A stretch of 64,000 bases of DNA from Bispira polyomma (GCA_965649765.1 OZ287753.1:69874001-69938000); one strand, 5' to 3'. Positions 37,345 through 52,268 are shown, counted from the stretch's first letter. Numbers and translations are program-made. The notes: generated by a model not told the origin, from the letters alone.

Positions 37345-38546
37345 TTATTGTATCCACTGATCTGGTTTAGCGTTTGCTACGCCGCCGCGGAGAGATTTTC
37401 GCCGTTAACACTCTCAGCGGAAAACTAGACTAGCTTGCTTCACCAGATTTGACCTTGGGCCGCTCCATCAAGGTCAGACGAGGGTACTTAAAACTTAAAA
37501 GTGCTTATAACTCGCTTATTATTGGTCCTACAGTTTTAAGATGTAAAACCAACCTATAGGAAATCATGGGCTGGGAGTCTTCTGATTGGGCAGGTTTGAC
37601 CTTGGGCCCCTCCTTCAAGCTCAGACAAGGGTAGTTAAATTTAAAAGTGCTTATAACTCGCTTATTATTGGTCCTACAGGTTTCCAATATAAAACCAACT
37701 TATAGGTAATCATGGGCTAAAGGTCAAGACACACACAGCCGAATCCGGATGCGGATCCGGATTGCTGATCTGGTTGGACATCATGGACACTGTAGGGGGA
37801 CACACTGAGCCGGATGCGGATCTATAGATCCCACCCGAATTGTTTTTACACGCATTTTTTTTTCTAAATCCACCACGGATATATTCAGCGGATTTCCAAA
37901 AACAAGTGTATTTTTGGAGAAATTTGAGATTTTAGGTTTGTTTAAATTGTTTTTGGCTTGTTGGGGCCTGCCGAAATTTACTGTTTTGACAGTCAGTTAA
38001 ATAAATACATATAGTCAGTGAAAAAAAGTAGTGACAGTTGTTTAACATATTTTTTTTTCTGGTAGTGTAATGTATCCTTAATATCTATGTTTACACACAG
38101 TATGCAAGTTTAAGTGTGTTTTTATATCAGTTATAGGTTTTAACATAAATAACAAATGCACATACCTTGAAAGAGGTAAATAAGAAGAAGATATTAAATC
38201 TACTGACAGACTATCCTTGATGATATGTATATTTTCATCATTTTTGCAGTAAATTTACACAGAAAAAAACATATTCATTACTCATGATCCGGTCGAATTA
38301 TTTGTCTCAGTGTGGCTGCAAAAAAGATAAATCCCATATGGGATTTCAATCCCATTCCGAAATAAAATCCGGATGCGGCTGTGTGTGTTTAGACCTTAAG
38401 AATCCTTTGATATGGTCAGATTTGACCTTGGGCCCCTCCTTCAAGGTCGGACGAGGTCAGCCATAGCTTGGGTGCTTCCTACCTAGGGTGCTCTGTCTTT
38501 CTGGTGGATACAAATATGCATCGATTCTACGATGCGCTAGGTCTAG
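37345..38546 (+). mobile_element. Second HINE family, carrying a nested MITE
   Basis: subTIR ttgtatccac / gtggatacaa, (gcc)n, internal tttgaccttgggccc repeats, 3' hairpin gcatcg-attcta-cgatgc, CTAG then T-run. Confidence 0.8.
37721..38396. mobile_element. Harbinger-type MITE nested in the HINE
   Basis: TIR aggtcaagacacacacagccg / cggctgtgtgtgtttagacct, TAA TSD on both sides. Confidence 0.85.
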
Positions 38547-39354
38547 TTTTTTTTTCAAACTAATCCTGTCTTAAATATTGATGTACTATAGTCAATTTTC
38601 CTTTTTGGAAAAGATCTGTAGTTCTAGACTGGCCGTTTAATATAAAATGTACGTTTTTTAGTGGAAATCCTGCTTAGGCAGAGGTAATTCTTCTGGTCTC
38701 GTTAACTGTTGACAATACTTATAATAATTGTAAACTATAATCATACCAAAATGCACCTACTAAGCTGTTAAAACTGGTATTTTGAAAGTCACTATATTAT
38801 ATGATCCAGACACTATTGTGAAAACTGTGTACGAGAAATAACATGTAACTACAACTAGGGGCCTTTAGTGACAGTATTGTTTTATTGAAATGGCTATGAT
38901 GTTAAACTATGTGTAGCTAAAGGTTTGTCTTTCATGATTCTGTCATAAGTATAGGAAATCCAGCTATCCATGTAAAAAGGCAGAAAGTTGAGTATAACGT
39001 GTGTGTAATGATAGTATGTACATGTACTTGGCCTATCGGTAAACAAGTACACCTGTGTACTATACTAGCAAAAACGGTCTAAGTAGTAGCATTTGATTGA
39101 TGATTCCAGAGTAATGCATATCTGAGGAGTGAAGGGAGTGGATAAACTGTGTATACCTTGCATACATGTATATCTAGCTAAACTTCAGTTTTTCTGCTCT
39201 TATGTCCCCCCCCCAATTGATAGCTTCAGTTTTCAGCTGATATGTGATAAAAGCATCTTTTGTTTGGTAATGAATTACTTGTGTTATCTGCATAATGTTG
39301 AATTTTAAAATTTGAGATTGGATGGCATAGAAATGAAATATGGTCTGAACATCA

Positions 39355-39980
39355 CCAATCCAGAACGCCACCCCAAAACGCCACCTTGATTAACAACTAA
39401 TCGTTTTCCCGTATATTACATATGGCGAGAAAGCTTTTATTTTTTGACAGCTGAGGACAGATGTATATTTAAGGTGTTTGTACAATTTAATTTTAAAAAA
39501 GACAACTTTGGCAACGGAACTTCACGCAAATAAAACGGCCAGTACAAAAATCTAAAGATAAAAAAGACGTCTTTTTCCGTGAACTGCTCATTTAAATAGA
39601 TTAATAGGGGTTTGATGTAAGGTAATATATGTTGACGATTCTTGTCGAGTCAAGGGTCAAAGTTCATAAACACCGTTATTGCTCACATACACATGCTTCC
39701 AAAGTATATACATCAGCAACAGACTTATTAAAAAACAATGTCCGCAGATATAACAGTTAAATTCTGTATTATTTAAGGAAACTTCATTGTTTGGCGATGA
39801 TCACCCGATGCCTATCCACTTCGAATAAATATAAGGAAATCAGACAATAAACGGCCACTACACATATCTTTTTAATATTAATATATAAATAGTGCTCGTA
39901 AATGTTTGTGATGATAGTGGTGGCGTTTTGGAGGTGGCGTTTTGGAGGTGGCGTTTTTGTTTTATGGCATTCTGACTGGT
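39355..39980. mobile_element. MITE with aaaacgccacc subterminal repeats
   Basis: accaatccagaacgcca... at the left; ggtggcgtttt x3 and tggcattctgactggt at the right. Confidence 0.6.
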
Positions 39981-40272
39981 ATGCATAGAAACTTGGTACA
40001 ATTATTTTTATGGTTGAATCTCTTGAATAGATAAATAGGGGCCTTTCTTACACTTATTATGTTATTCAAACAATGGTGTAGTTTGCCTCTACTGTATATA
40101 GTCAAAATAAATAGATTTTAAAGGAAAAGGCATTTGTGGGACTAATTGTGTGTATTTCTCTTGACTATTTTTGTGTATTTCTCTGACTATTTCAGTATAT
40201 TTTTGTGTGTATTTCTCTGACTAATTATGTGTATTTCTCTGACTAATTATGTAAATTACTGTGTATTTCCAG

Positions 40273-40353
40273 ACTACTTATACCACCATCAACTGTCTGC
40301 CGAGCCTGTCTACAAGTTCCCAACAGAATACTTACAGTGGTCTGGATAACCTG
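40273..40353 (+). CDS. ZCCHC24: ZCCHC24 exon 2 (TTYTTINCLPSLSTSSQQNTYSGLDNL)
   Basis: ttccag / gtgagt boundaries, phase 0-0. Confidence 0.78.
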
Positions 40354-41437
40354 GTGAGTTGGTGTCGCTGCTATATATAACAGATCTACAATACAACTTC
40401 TAGTATCTAAAACTCTGAATATTCGATCTTGTGAACTTACTTCCACTGTCTGCCTAATTTGTGTTGATCCGTCTTAAACCTAAAATATATCTTCCAGTTG
40501 ATGATCCTTTTTATAACCAATACAACATTTTACTCTCCCAAAATGTTTGGACATTAAGAGGTTTTATTTTATTAGATCAGTGGTGGAATTTTACCTAATC
40601 CAATGTTTAATACTTTAAACTTTTTAAATTAAGTGATGCCGCCCGACTATAATTAGTTTTACCAGCCTCGTCCCACTTTCACAACCTCTTGTGTAGTGAC
40701 TGCTGTGTGATCTAAAGCGACCTACAATTTCCACAGGTCGCACACGATTTAGAGGTAACATTAGCAAATGCCTCGCAGGCATGGTGTATTCTTAACTGAT
40801 GATCAGTGATCCCTGTGGTCTACTGTTTAGGGTGTTGGTCTGATGATCAGAAGGTCCCTGGTTTTATTTCCAGTAACGACCGCTAGTTTCATTGGTGGGA
40901 TAACATCTTTGGGCAAAATGTGAACACAAGTTTGACTAGTGGCTTGGATGACCACTTATAATGGCGGTCCTCTGTCACTGAGTACTATCTCTAGTGGCAG
41001 ATTAATGATCCTTGGAGATGTTAATAAATGGTCATCCCCAAGCAAGCCTGTGTTCTGTAAGTGCGCTATAACAAATGTCCTATTTCATTTCATTTGAACT
41101 CTAACCTAAATAGACTCAAACTCATTCTCTGTATGACTAGTGCGCTCTTTTCTCGATCTTTAAAAAGGCGATGGCTGGGAGAGTTATTAGTTGGTTGAGT
41201 TGAGAAGCCATTGCTTTATTTATGGAATAAAAGGGATGGTCTAAGATGACTGTGGTCTGCCGTGGTTAGTTAAAGTTAGTGATCAGAATGTCCCAGGTTT
41301 GACTACCAGTACCTGGCTGCTAGTTTCATTGGTGGAATAACATCCCTGGGCAACATGTGAACTCGCCACATTTGCCTAGTGGGCTTGGATGACCACTTAA
41401 AATGGCGTATGTGTAGATAATGTTGTATGTTTTCTAG

Positions 41438-41560
41438 CTGGACAAGTTTGGTGAACTAAGTTTACAAGACCGCAGGGCTATAAGTAGAAAGGTGCCGCCC
41501 AAGGGCTACATGTGTCACTCGTGCTGGAAACTAGGACACTGGATCAAGGACTGTCCAGAG
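41438..41560 (+). CDS. ZCCHC24: ZCCHC24 exon 3, CCHC zinc knuckle (PPKGYMCHSCWKLGHWIKDCPE)
   Basis: ttctag / gtaaga boundaries; CxxCxxxGHxxxxC motif. Confidence 0.95.
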
Positions 41561-41826
41561 GTAAGATTTCTGCCGCTCGGTAATTTAATGTGTTTGTCTG
41601 TTTGGGATATTGATATTAGAGGCAGGTTGGTGGTTATGGGATTTTCTTCTCTGCACTGTGTAATGTATAAGTTGATGTTTGCATTTGCGCTGCTTGCAGA
41701 TGCAGTGTGCAGGTGAAGTGCTGGCAGTTATATTTCAGAGGCATATTTCAGAGGCAGATAAGACACGCAAACCTTCTTATATCTGGTTGAATTTTTAAAT
41801 GTTTGACTGATGGAAGTGCTAGAATA

Positions 41827-42063
41827 CAGTGAAACCCCTTTAAGTAGTCGTTTTCTCTTTTATGTGGAGAAAAATTTGTAGTCCCATGTACAAAGACCTT
41901 CTTTGAAGTGGAATCTGAAGGGACCATAAAAATTGTTATATTTAACGGATTTTCTAATTGACAAGGTAAATTACAATTAGAAATATAGCAACGGGACCTT
42001 AAAATTACTTCTGTTTAACAGGTAATTCCACTTACTAGAGTTCTACTTGAAGGGGTTTGACTG
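41827..42063. mobile_element. Tc1/pogo-type MITE in ZCCHC24 intron 3
   Basis: TA-CAGTGAAACCCCTT...AAGGGGTTTGACTG-TA. Confidence 0.8.
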
Positions 42064-42159
42064 TACATCGAAGGTCACAACATGGGATTTTAACTTTGGC
42101 GTTGAAGAATTTACCCTTGGGTGTTTTATACTTACTTTAATGACTCCCTTTTTTGTTAG

Positions 42160-42496
<337 letters not shown>

Positions 42497-42725
42497 AATG
42501 AGTCTTAGTGTTGAGCTCAACATTTATGTCTAAAATGTGTAAGACTGCCTACTTTAAGAATTAGTGTTAACTGCCAAATTAGTTTTACATTAATGGCTAA
42601 GAGAACAGTGTAAAATTTAAAATAAAAGATGTCTATGTAGATCTGACCACTAGATCTTTCGTTTGTGCGTCATTCGAGACATTTCTGCTCAAATTTAAGC
42701 ACATATGCTGATTTCTATTTTGTAG

Positions 42726-42839
<114 letters not shown>

Positions 42840-45743
42840 CTTATGTCACCCGCCTCCCCCTCCAACCCCTGGATACTTAAAAACAAGGACTGAAGGGAGT
42901 AGGAATCAGTGTGGTGGTCAAAGGTTAAGGTTGTGTGGTCAAAGGTTAAGGGTCATCTGAAAAAGGTTTGAATTAACAACTGAAATAGTTTTGGTGCTAA
43001 CAGTTTTCAGTTCAGTCAAGTGATTTTTAGGAATGAGTTTGTGTAAATAATCATATGGACCAATGTAGGAGAATTTATTTCAACTTCCAAAGGAATATTT
43101 GTGAGGAATACTTGTGATCGTTTGTTAAATACAAAGAGATTTTTATTATTTTAAATTTTTTTGTAACTTTGAAGGTGACTATTTAAGTGAAGTGCAAAAG
43201 TGCCTATCACTGCAAGTTTTCATATTATACATCACTGACTTTTGTTATATTGATTTGGTTGACAGTTTTAGTTGATCAAGAATGTTTTGAGTGTAAATAA
43301 GCGGTTGAAATTTGTTTATTTTTTTGGGGTTTTGTTTTACTATTTTTTAAATTAATTTTTTCTTTTGATGAAGTATTTTAAGTGCAGATTTTTAATCGGA
43401 AAATGTACATAAACTAAAAAGACTGCTTGAGAAAGAGATATTAGAAAAAAAAAGTTGTTAATGTAAAAAAATCGAGTCAATTCATGTTTTTGTTCATTGT
43501 TTTTACCCATCATTTCCTTGTGTGCACTCCACCCCTCCTCCATTTTGTGTCACACTTTTTCCAGAGTTTCTACATTCGTACAGCAAATGTTCATGTCATC
43601 CATGGGTCAAGATACAATCTCCAAATAAGCATTGTGTAATCAAATGTGTATATATATCTTGGGTATTCAGATTTTAGTAGTTGGAGATGTGCACTCGTTT
43701 GTAGTACATGTAATTAATTTGTTGGTGTAGGACGTTTTTTATACATGGAAGTTTGTTTTGGGTCTTTTTTTCACTTGTGTTAGTAAAAACAGTATATAAT
43801 TGTAATAATATTAACAACAAAAAAGCTGGACTTTGTTCTTATTTGGATACATGTGTATATTTTATTTATTGAAGTTGTGTTAATGGTAGCTTTCAAATAA
43901 TAAATAATATGTAAATTTGTGATTATTTAGTAATTTAATAAAAAATCAATATATATGTATATGACAGAAGTAGCTTTTATATTTTAATTTTTTTAGGTGA
44001 TATTTATTGCAAAGATAGAAAACTTGTGTATACTATATATATTCTCATGGCCACAAGTATGTGGCCTTTGTATTGGGTTAAGACAACATATATTCTAGTT
44101 TACTGTGTATAGTAAGTAGTCTGTAGTCTATTTCATTTGAAGCAGAAGCCCACACTTTTTGCAAATGAGATAATGGTGATGTCGTCAACAAATTGTGGAA
44201 CAATTTAAATTTTTTTTAAACATTAATTTCATGAAAAAAAAAGAATAATGTATGCTGTGAAAATGCATTTAAAAGTAATTCATATTATTTGCTTATGATA
44301 TTTTACAATATAAATGGTGATATTTTTTATTGCGAGTTTCCGGTTCTGAATAATTCCTAAAATTTAATATTACTATAAAATTTAATATTACATGTACTAT
44401 AAATTTCTTCTAATTGAAATTGTGGAAAAATTGTCCTGGCTCTGGAATTTTATTTGTTTTATAAAGCTTCCTGTTTTTCTTTACATTATTTCATGTTTCC
44501 ACATAAGGTTCTGTGGAAGTTGAAATTTTTAGGTGTAAAAATAATTAGCTACAAGTCTATTTCAGGTAAAGTGTTGCGGTCGTTTTCTACTTTTGACAAA
44601 AAAAAATATACTTAAAATTATGAAAATCAACTCCTTAACGAGGCCCATTATTGGTATAACTAATAATTAAGTTGTGTTTGTAAATTAAATTAAATATTTA
44701 AAGTATAGTAGAATCTCTAGTATAGAAAAACTTCTTTTATCTGAACATTCAATTTTACTCTCCAAAATTGATATTCTTTCTTTTATTTTATAAACCTTCT
44801 ATTATTCGAACAAATTCTTGCTTCACAAACATGTTCAAATAATGGAGGCTCTACTGTATTTAAATTAATTTAAAGTATGTCCCAGTTGAGTGAATTTAAG
44901 GTCGATCAATACTCGCAAAAAAGATCATCTAGGGTATATCTTCCCCTGTCTCTGTGTGTCATGTGGTGTGTGTTTTGTCAACCCCCAGGGTTTTAATTGT
45001 GTGCCAAAAAGCCCTTGTGTTTATAGGGCGGGTTTGTGTGTGACCTCTCTAGTCAAACCTCTTGTAACTCTCTATACCAGTGTCATAGGTCCCAGAACCA
45101 CGGACAAACAAGATTTGTCTTTTTAAAAAGAAACCGGCACACAGTGTGAAATACACTAACGTTGACATGGCCACTGTATACTCGGCCAAATTTGACACCC
45201 CCCTTCAGTTTTAACGGGTAGATCCATTCCAACCTATCTATGAAAGCCTTAAATATTGTTTTCAACAAGGCCACGCCCATTTCAAATTGAAAATAATATC
45301 AGGCTGCACCTGATAAAAAAGGAGGCACAGGTAGACATGGCATGGGACAGCTGGATTTCGAACCGAAATGTTAATTGATACAGTTAAACCCCTTTTAGCT
45401 CCGAACGTCAGGTTTTATTAATTTGCTATTTTTAAAGAAAATTCAAGAGAATTAATTTTTACCAGTGAACATTGTTTACTTAAAAGATTAATACGAAATT
45501 AGGATTTCACTGTGGAATTTATTTTTGTTAGCAAATTACAATCGTTAGGCAAAAGCATGTGGGCAAGTGTCACTACTCTGATTTCTGAACTGTCTGTCGT
45601 GACATGAGACAAGACAAGGTATTGAAAGCGATGGTGTCAACCAAAACTGAAAAGTAAAAGTGCACTGAGATGTGACTGGTGACGTAACTTTTGAGGCAAA
45701 TCCCTATGGTAGAACCTCTATTATCCAACCCGTCTCTTTATCT

Positions 45744-45994
45744 GGGGCCGCGGTGGCCTAGTGGTTAGCAAGCATTGCCCTTCACAATCACTTATCTTTC
45801 ACCTCTGGGGGGGCGCGAGTTAGACTCCCGTCGATGCCTATGTGAGAAGGGTGGTAGTTCCTTACTGTGGGCCGCTGGTTTCAGTGCAGAACCTTGATCA
45901 ACTGTATGCAGTGTTTCCTCCTGCGTTTCTAATTACCCATCCTAATATGACCTAAACAGGTACTAGAGTGGATGTTAAATATCCCAATTCAAAT
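45744..45994 (+). mobile_element. tRNA-derived SINE, same family, inserted in a CAGTAGAACCTC-type MITE
   Basis: Same head and tail as the 1808 copy; TSD ccgtctctttatct at 45730 and 45995. Confidence 0.92.
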
Positions 45995-46803
45995 CCGTCT
46001 CTTTATCTGAATATTCAATTTTTATGAATGATTTCCCCTCCTCTCCCACATTTTTTGTTTTCCTATTGTTTTATACACATAAATGCCTATTCTATTCCCC
46101 TCTTGCAAATTTATGTTTTTCCATTGTTTCATACCTCTTCTATTTTATGAAACTTCTGTTATCAAAACTAAAATCTTGCTGTTCCAACATGTTCAGATAA
46201 TAGAGGTTCTACATAAAGCAGTGGTTCTTGGATCTATAGATCCAGGTTTTAGACCTTTTTATGTGTTTAGTGTGTGTGGCTCCTTTATTGATGTGCTGTG
46301 TGTGTGAGTTTATTAATATCTTTAGTTTTAGAATCATTTAATTTTAATGTAATGATAAAAAAAGATAGTTTGAATTGATGATCAAAAACCTTTTGTGAAG
46401 AGCGAGTATATTTTAATATGTTTTGTTGTCATCGTAATAAATTATAGTATACATATCACTATAAAGTTTTTTTGTGAATAGGAAGTAATATTCTTCCAGT
46501 AGATATTATTTCTATAGTGGGGATCATGTTCTGTTGGTTGTTTTGTTTTGAGTAAAAAGGTTTTGATGCATCCAACCAAGGCTAGCATCACTCGCTTGCG
46601 TGTGTATTGGGAGATCTGTAGAATTTAGAGTAATATTTTTATATCACACAAGAATGTTAACATTTGAAGTATAATTCGTTAATTTCTAAGTTAGAATTTG
46701 TCTGACACACAAAAGTTATGTGTAAATATTGTGATTATAGGATAGGGTGTAAAGTTTGTGATTTTATTCATTATAGTGCCAATTTTCTAGTATAGTTAAT
46801 ATA

Positions 46804-47259
46804 CAGTCATGCACCGAAAATAAGAACATATTCTCACCAAAAAGGATGTACCCATTTTAACCCCCCCCCCCAAAAAAAAGAACATGGACAATATTGATCC
46901 TTTAGTTTTTACCAAAAATAAGAATATCAAAAAGGGATCTTGAAATTTTAACAATGATGGAAAAACCAATGACAAATCATGGTATACGGTAATTTTTACC
47001 ACGATTGGAGGTGTCGAAACACGAAGGCAAACCTATTCTGACATGACAAATTGAATAATTATTCCTGATTCAAGCTTCTTTTACTGCAAAATTATGTTAT
47101 TTGTGGAACTGTATCCACTGGGGATCCAGTACACTTTAGGCGAACTTAGTCTATTTCCATCTATGGGTGTACAGTTATTTTTACCGAGGCTGTCGGCCAA
47201 TCAGAATCGGGACCTTAATTCTTTGCATGTCCTACGTTCTTATTTTTGGTGAATGACTG
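46804..47259. mobile_element. Tc1/mariner-type MITE
   Basis: TIR cagtcatgcaccgaaaataagaac / gttcttatttttggtgaatgactg. Confidence 0.8.
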
Positions 47260-50200
47260 TTAGTTCGGTACATTTCCTAGACCTGAAATATCTAAGGTGT
47301 TTATTATTTGACCATGGTGTGTGTGCCTATATATTTATATGTGGATTTCCAGCTCAAGGAATGAAAAGTGAAAACATTCAGGAATTTGTTCATTGCTGTG
47401 AATTTGGGTTGCGAAACTGATCGTTGAACAGTTTAAATCCTTGCAAGCTACACACCCATTATATGTAGTTAAATAAGTTTATCAATTTAAATATTACAAG
47501 GACTGTATGAAAATGGCATGTATATAATTTGGGAAGTATTTTAACATAAAAAATTGGCTTCATTAGAACAGGTCATGTTCCCACTTCTAAGCCAATGAAA
47601 TCTTGCGATTCTCTGCTGAGGTATTATAACATGACTTATTTATTGTAAATTGATTTTAAAATGTATCGTTGGGTGATGTTGATTCGAGGGACTTGTAAAT
47701 TCGATATTTGCTGTTTTTCTTCTATAACCAAATGTGTTTTATATCTCTTACAGTACAAAATAATATTTTAACATCTCTAGATTAAAATACAGCTCCAATT
47801 TTAGTCAAGAACAATCCTTTTCAATGTAAAATAGGGCAATAAAGAAATGGTTAAAACTCCCGAATCTACGAGACACAAGGCTATATATAATTCACCTTCT
47901 CTTACTTTAGGGACAACAGTAAAATTAAATGTATTGAGCTGGAAATCCTGTTCTTTATATATGGAATAAATGTGTAAAAGTGTTACCTATATTTACTCAA
48001 TACGTATGTGCATGATATAGCTGTATACCCCTAAACATGTTTTCTTGAGTGAATCAATCTAGTTCATTTCCTGGCTGGACTAATATGTGCCTTACAGTTG
48101 TAATATAGTTCTTCAATATAATCTTGTATATCCAAGTTGTTTTCTGTGTTTTAAATGCATATCTCTATCTGTATGTATATATATAGAAGAGGATTTTTCT
48201 GCAGATGTGCCATAATGTTGTACAGAGCTTAATAATTGGTACATGCTTTGTTCTTTGGCCCTGATGTAATCCCTTATATATATATATATATATATATGTT
48301 TGTATATAATTTATGTGTGTCTAGTGTACTATATCCAGTTGGTTGTGTTCATATTTGGTATTTTGGAATATTTATTTGATTTATTATCGTCAAAAGACAG
48401 CTTTAGTAATTGTAGATAATTAGTTGCGTGTGTGTGGTGTTGTGTAGTGGTTTTTTTACCAGGTATAAGACGTTTTATTTTGCCCTGTTTTTGGCCATGT
48501 TTTCTGTCTTGTTAACAAAGTATGTGTAGCAAAAACAAAAACGTGTAAATCGGGAGACCCTTTTCCCAGATTTGTTCAGCTGTTCCACTGACATAACTTA
48601 GTACCCATAGTGACATAACAACAAAGGCTAGACCATCTACTTAAAACCATGTCTTTATTGGGTAATTCCCAGAATTTTTGGGCTGTTCCACCAAAAAAAC
48701 TAGGTACTCTTAGTGATAACACAAAAATAACTGCTTAGCAAATACACATTGTATCCGTCATTCTGGCTATATATGCTGTTACCAGAGGTAGTGGTGGGGG
48801 TACAGTGGTTAACGCACCCGCCTCCTACCTCTGTGGTCATAGGGTTAGAATCTCGACCTTGGCAGTGATTTGCTGATGCCCGGTGGGTTTACAATGCATC
48901 TTGACTAACGAGTCTGCATTTCTTTGCTCCACCCGTTACGTACCTTCGATTACGCATGGTCTATAAAGAGATTTCTTGGTTACAACTATAGCAGGAAAAC
49001 TATTGTGGCTAGCTTCCTCAAATTTGCTGGATATATTCATTGCTATTCCCTGTGACATCATATAGCCTCATTATTAAAAACAAGATGGCCGCCATGACTG
49101 CTTCTATGAAAATCATCTAACCTCAGTCATCGACAAGCCATTGCTGAATTATATAATTTACATATTTGATCATTTTCTACACTATAGGACAGTTTAATTT
49201 AAAATTTGTAATACATGAAAACTTTTTTTTGCCGATTGACTAAAGAAGGTAGGGTATCATTCATAAGGTGAGCAGTTGCTTTTGACCGTGTGTCTTGTGA
49301 AGCCTTTATAACACAAGAGAACTAGTGTATTTGTGGATGCGTTCCTGTTCCATCTTTCTATCCCAGTAGTTCCCCTTATCCTCGTTTCTTTTTAACACGT
49401 GATGATAGAATTAATAACCTTGTTGTGAGAAATTATATACCATAAACATGTTGTCATCTAGGAAATTTGCATTCTGTTCCAGTGGTTTATGAAACAGGTC
49501 AGCTTTTTTTAAGGTTAATTACACTGGTCAAGATTTTAAACTATTATAATATCTTATTGAAACTAAATACCCTCAGGTGTGATATTGACAAAATGACTAA
49601 AGTTTAGACATTGTTCTACATAGCACAAGAGTATACTAGATCTAAGACAAAGTAAGCTTAGCTTGGCCCCTTTTTGGAATACCCCCTCAGGCTCAAGCTT
49701 TCTAGATGGTTTTCCCCACTAATTTGGATACAGTAAACTCTATATAATGCATAAATAGAACCAGTATATATTCAATCTATGTTGATGTCCAATGCCATAA
49801 TACTACTACTTGTAAATAAAGTGGAAGTCAGCTCTAGCTAGAACCAATTCCTGTTGATACTGGATATTCGATTTAATACACAGTCTACTATAGAGCATAT
49901 GTTATACAAGTACCGTGTAGTGCCAAACTAATGGTAACTACAGTTAAACTCCTATAAGTGAAACTCTGTTAAGTCAAATTCCCTTTTATGTGGAGAAAAA
50001 CCAAAAATGTAGTTCCATCGGGGGGGGGGGCATTGTGTTTTAAAATATGTTATAAGGTGGAATTCCTGCTTAAGTAGAGGTATTTCTCCTGGACCCTTGA
50101 GGCTTTGACTTAAAGGGGTTCAACTGTGATAAGCACTATATTTAGTAATGAAACACAAGAATTGATGCGGATTTCCTCTGAACCACGAGTGTAGATAAAA

Positions 50201-52039
50201 AAAAAAAAAGAAAAAGAGTTCCTTTTTGACAGCGTGTAAGAAACCTGTCGCCATGTGACGACGGGTTTACAAAATGACATTTTACACTGGCAGTATTACA
50301 ACTGTATATAGGTTGTGTGGGTGTGTAGTAGTAATAGTGTAGTAGACTGGTACCCTGTGTTGGTCAGTGTGTATAATAGACTGGTACCCTACGTAGTTTA
50401 TGATGTGTTGTTTGATAGATACATATTTGATGTGGTCCTGAAATTCCTACTGTAAGTGATTTTATTACTTAACAATTTAGACGCCTATAGGTGGATGACT
50501 GGCAGTAGTCGGCATTTGTTGCTCCCAGAACCAAGGACACCCCTAAAAAAAAATCATTCCTTTGAATGCTGTTGGGTAAGTGTATGTCTCTACAGGTACC
50601 ATCTGGCGGTGTATGATTTGCGATTAATATTTGTGGTTTGTGTCTTCACAAATGTAATTTGTTCAGGGGTTACAAGACTTTTAATGGATTTAATATATTG
50701 TTTATGACACCACTTCTGTGCGATTTTTCAGTCCAATGTGAAAATATCCGTTCGTGGAGCAAACACTTTTAAAAAATAGTACATTGATTATATGTGTGTG
50801 TGGAGAACTCAGAGTTGTATATAACTTACAAGGAGGAAACAAATCACCAACGCAAATTGTACATGGTATGGCCAAAAAATGGTACTTGTGGAGACATTCA
50901 CTAACTATTAATCCACGAGTAATCCATCCCTGAGTTAGCAGCACTTGGAACAATCTATAGTGACCTTGATTCCAATTAGTTGATTCCTTTCTTCCGATAG
51001 TCCATATAGTATGTCTAGTTGTCTGATATTGATTTCTCGGACACCCTTATTTTTAGCAATTCAAAAACTAATCCTTTGGACATGATGAAGTGTTTTAATT
51101 AAGATCCCCAGTAGTAACAAGTTTTAAGTCGAATTTTGAGTACATCTCTTAAGATATAAGCACATATAATAATGTTATATGTATATTGTGCAGTAGTTTT
51201 GCATATTGTTTGCCTGTATATATATATAGTGGAGTTTGAACTGATTTCAGTGGTGCTAATTTCCGAGTTATGTTCATGTGTGTGTGTGTGCCTTTTGTAT
51301 TGCAAACAAAAACCAAAGTATTTTATTTTCATGGAAGGTCACTTTTATATTATACTATGCAAGAAGTAAAATAAACCCCAAGAGATGTTTTATACTTGGA
51401 GAGTGAGATTTATAGTTAATCTGTATATATATATAGTTGTGTCACCTGTTTAAGACTTGTGTTTGACACCTTCATGTAACATTGTTTTGTCCATTTTTCC
51501 CAGTTTACTTTCTGTTTAGAGTTCAGTTTCCAGATATAATACCGGTATGTAAAGAAGAGCGCTGTATTTATTATTATTCAAGTAATGTGTTGGATGTGTC
51601 AGTTGTTTATTGAAGTATGATATAAGATGCATAATAATTAAAGGTATATACATTTAATGTTGTTGGAAATATTTAGGAGGCTTTCTGTCAATATATGTAT
51701 CTTTTAGCTATTGCCTTACATCAAATTGGTTACATTGTTATTTTTAGTAGAACCTCTATTATTCGAAGCATGCTGACAGAGAGGGGGATCCAAAAAAATT
51801 GTTTGGACGATAGAAGGGTCATAAATATTGAAGAACGATTTTACTAGTATAGAAGACAGTTTGAAAATGTGAATTTTTGGAGAATTAGAAGTACTGTGGA
51901 ACCGTGTTAAGTCGAATCTTAAGGGACCATAAAAATTTGTACTACTAAACAGAACTTCTAATAAACAGGGTAAATTTTTATTAGAAAATAGTAATGGGAC
52001 CTTAAAATAACTTCTATTTGATAGATAGTTCCACTTATT

Positions 52040-52268
52040 CCACTGCTTCCCCCTCACTAGCCTGTTTTAGAAAGAAGCTTAAAACCCATTTGTACACTAA
52101 AGCATATCCACCTTAGTTTCAATCATCCCCTGGCGCGCTCTATGTTGCTGACCCTTTTTCTGTCCCTTGATTTTGAAAATGGGATAACTGTCTTTTGTGC
52201 TGGTGCGCCTTAGAGTCCCCTTTGTTAAGGCGAGATTAAGCGCAATAAAAGTCTTATTACAATTACAA
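52040..52268 (+). mobile_element. Retroposon (LINE or SINE) 3' end with an (attaca)n tail
   Basis: tgctgacccttt..ctgtcccttga...gcgccttagagtcccc...aagcgc.ataaaagt..attacaattaca; inverted sister split at 58092-58151 and 60277-60358. Confidence 0.7.

Larger units (their letters stand above)
42840..51430 (+). promoter_or_regulatory. Probable long ZCCHC24 3'UTR with clustered TGTAHATA (Pumilio-type) elements
   Basis: 13 motifs counted by eye, U-rich + strand, AATAAA near 51370; the extent is inferred. Confidence 0.5.

Noticed and set aside
39097-39126. C/D box snoRNA (TGATGA...CTGA)
   Set aside because: The boxes are too close together and there is no terminal stem.
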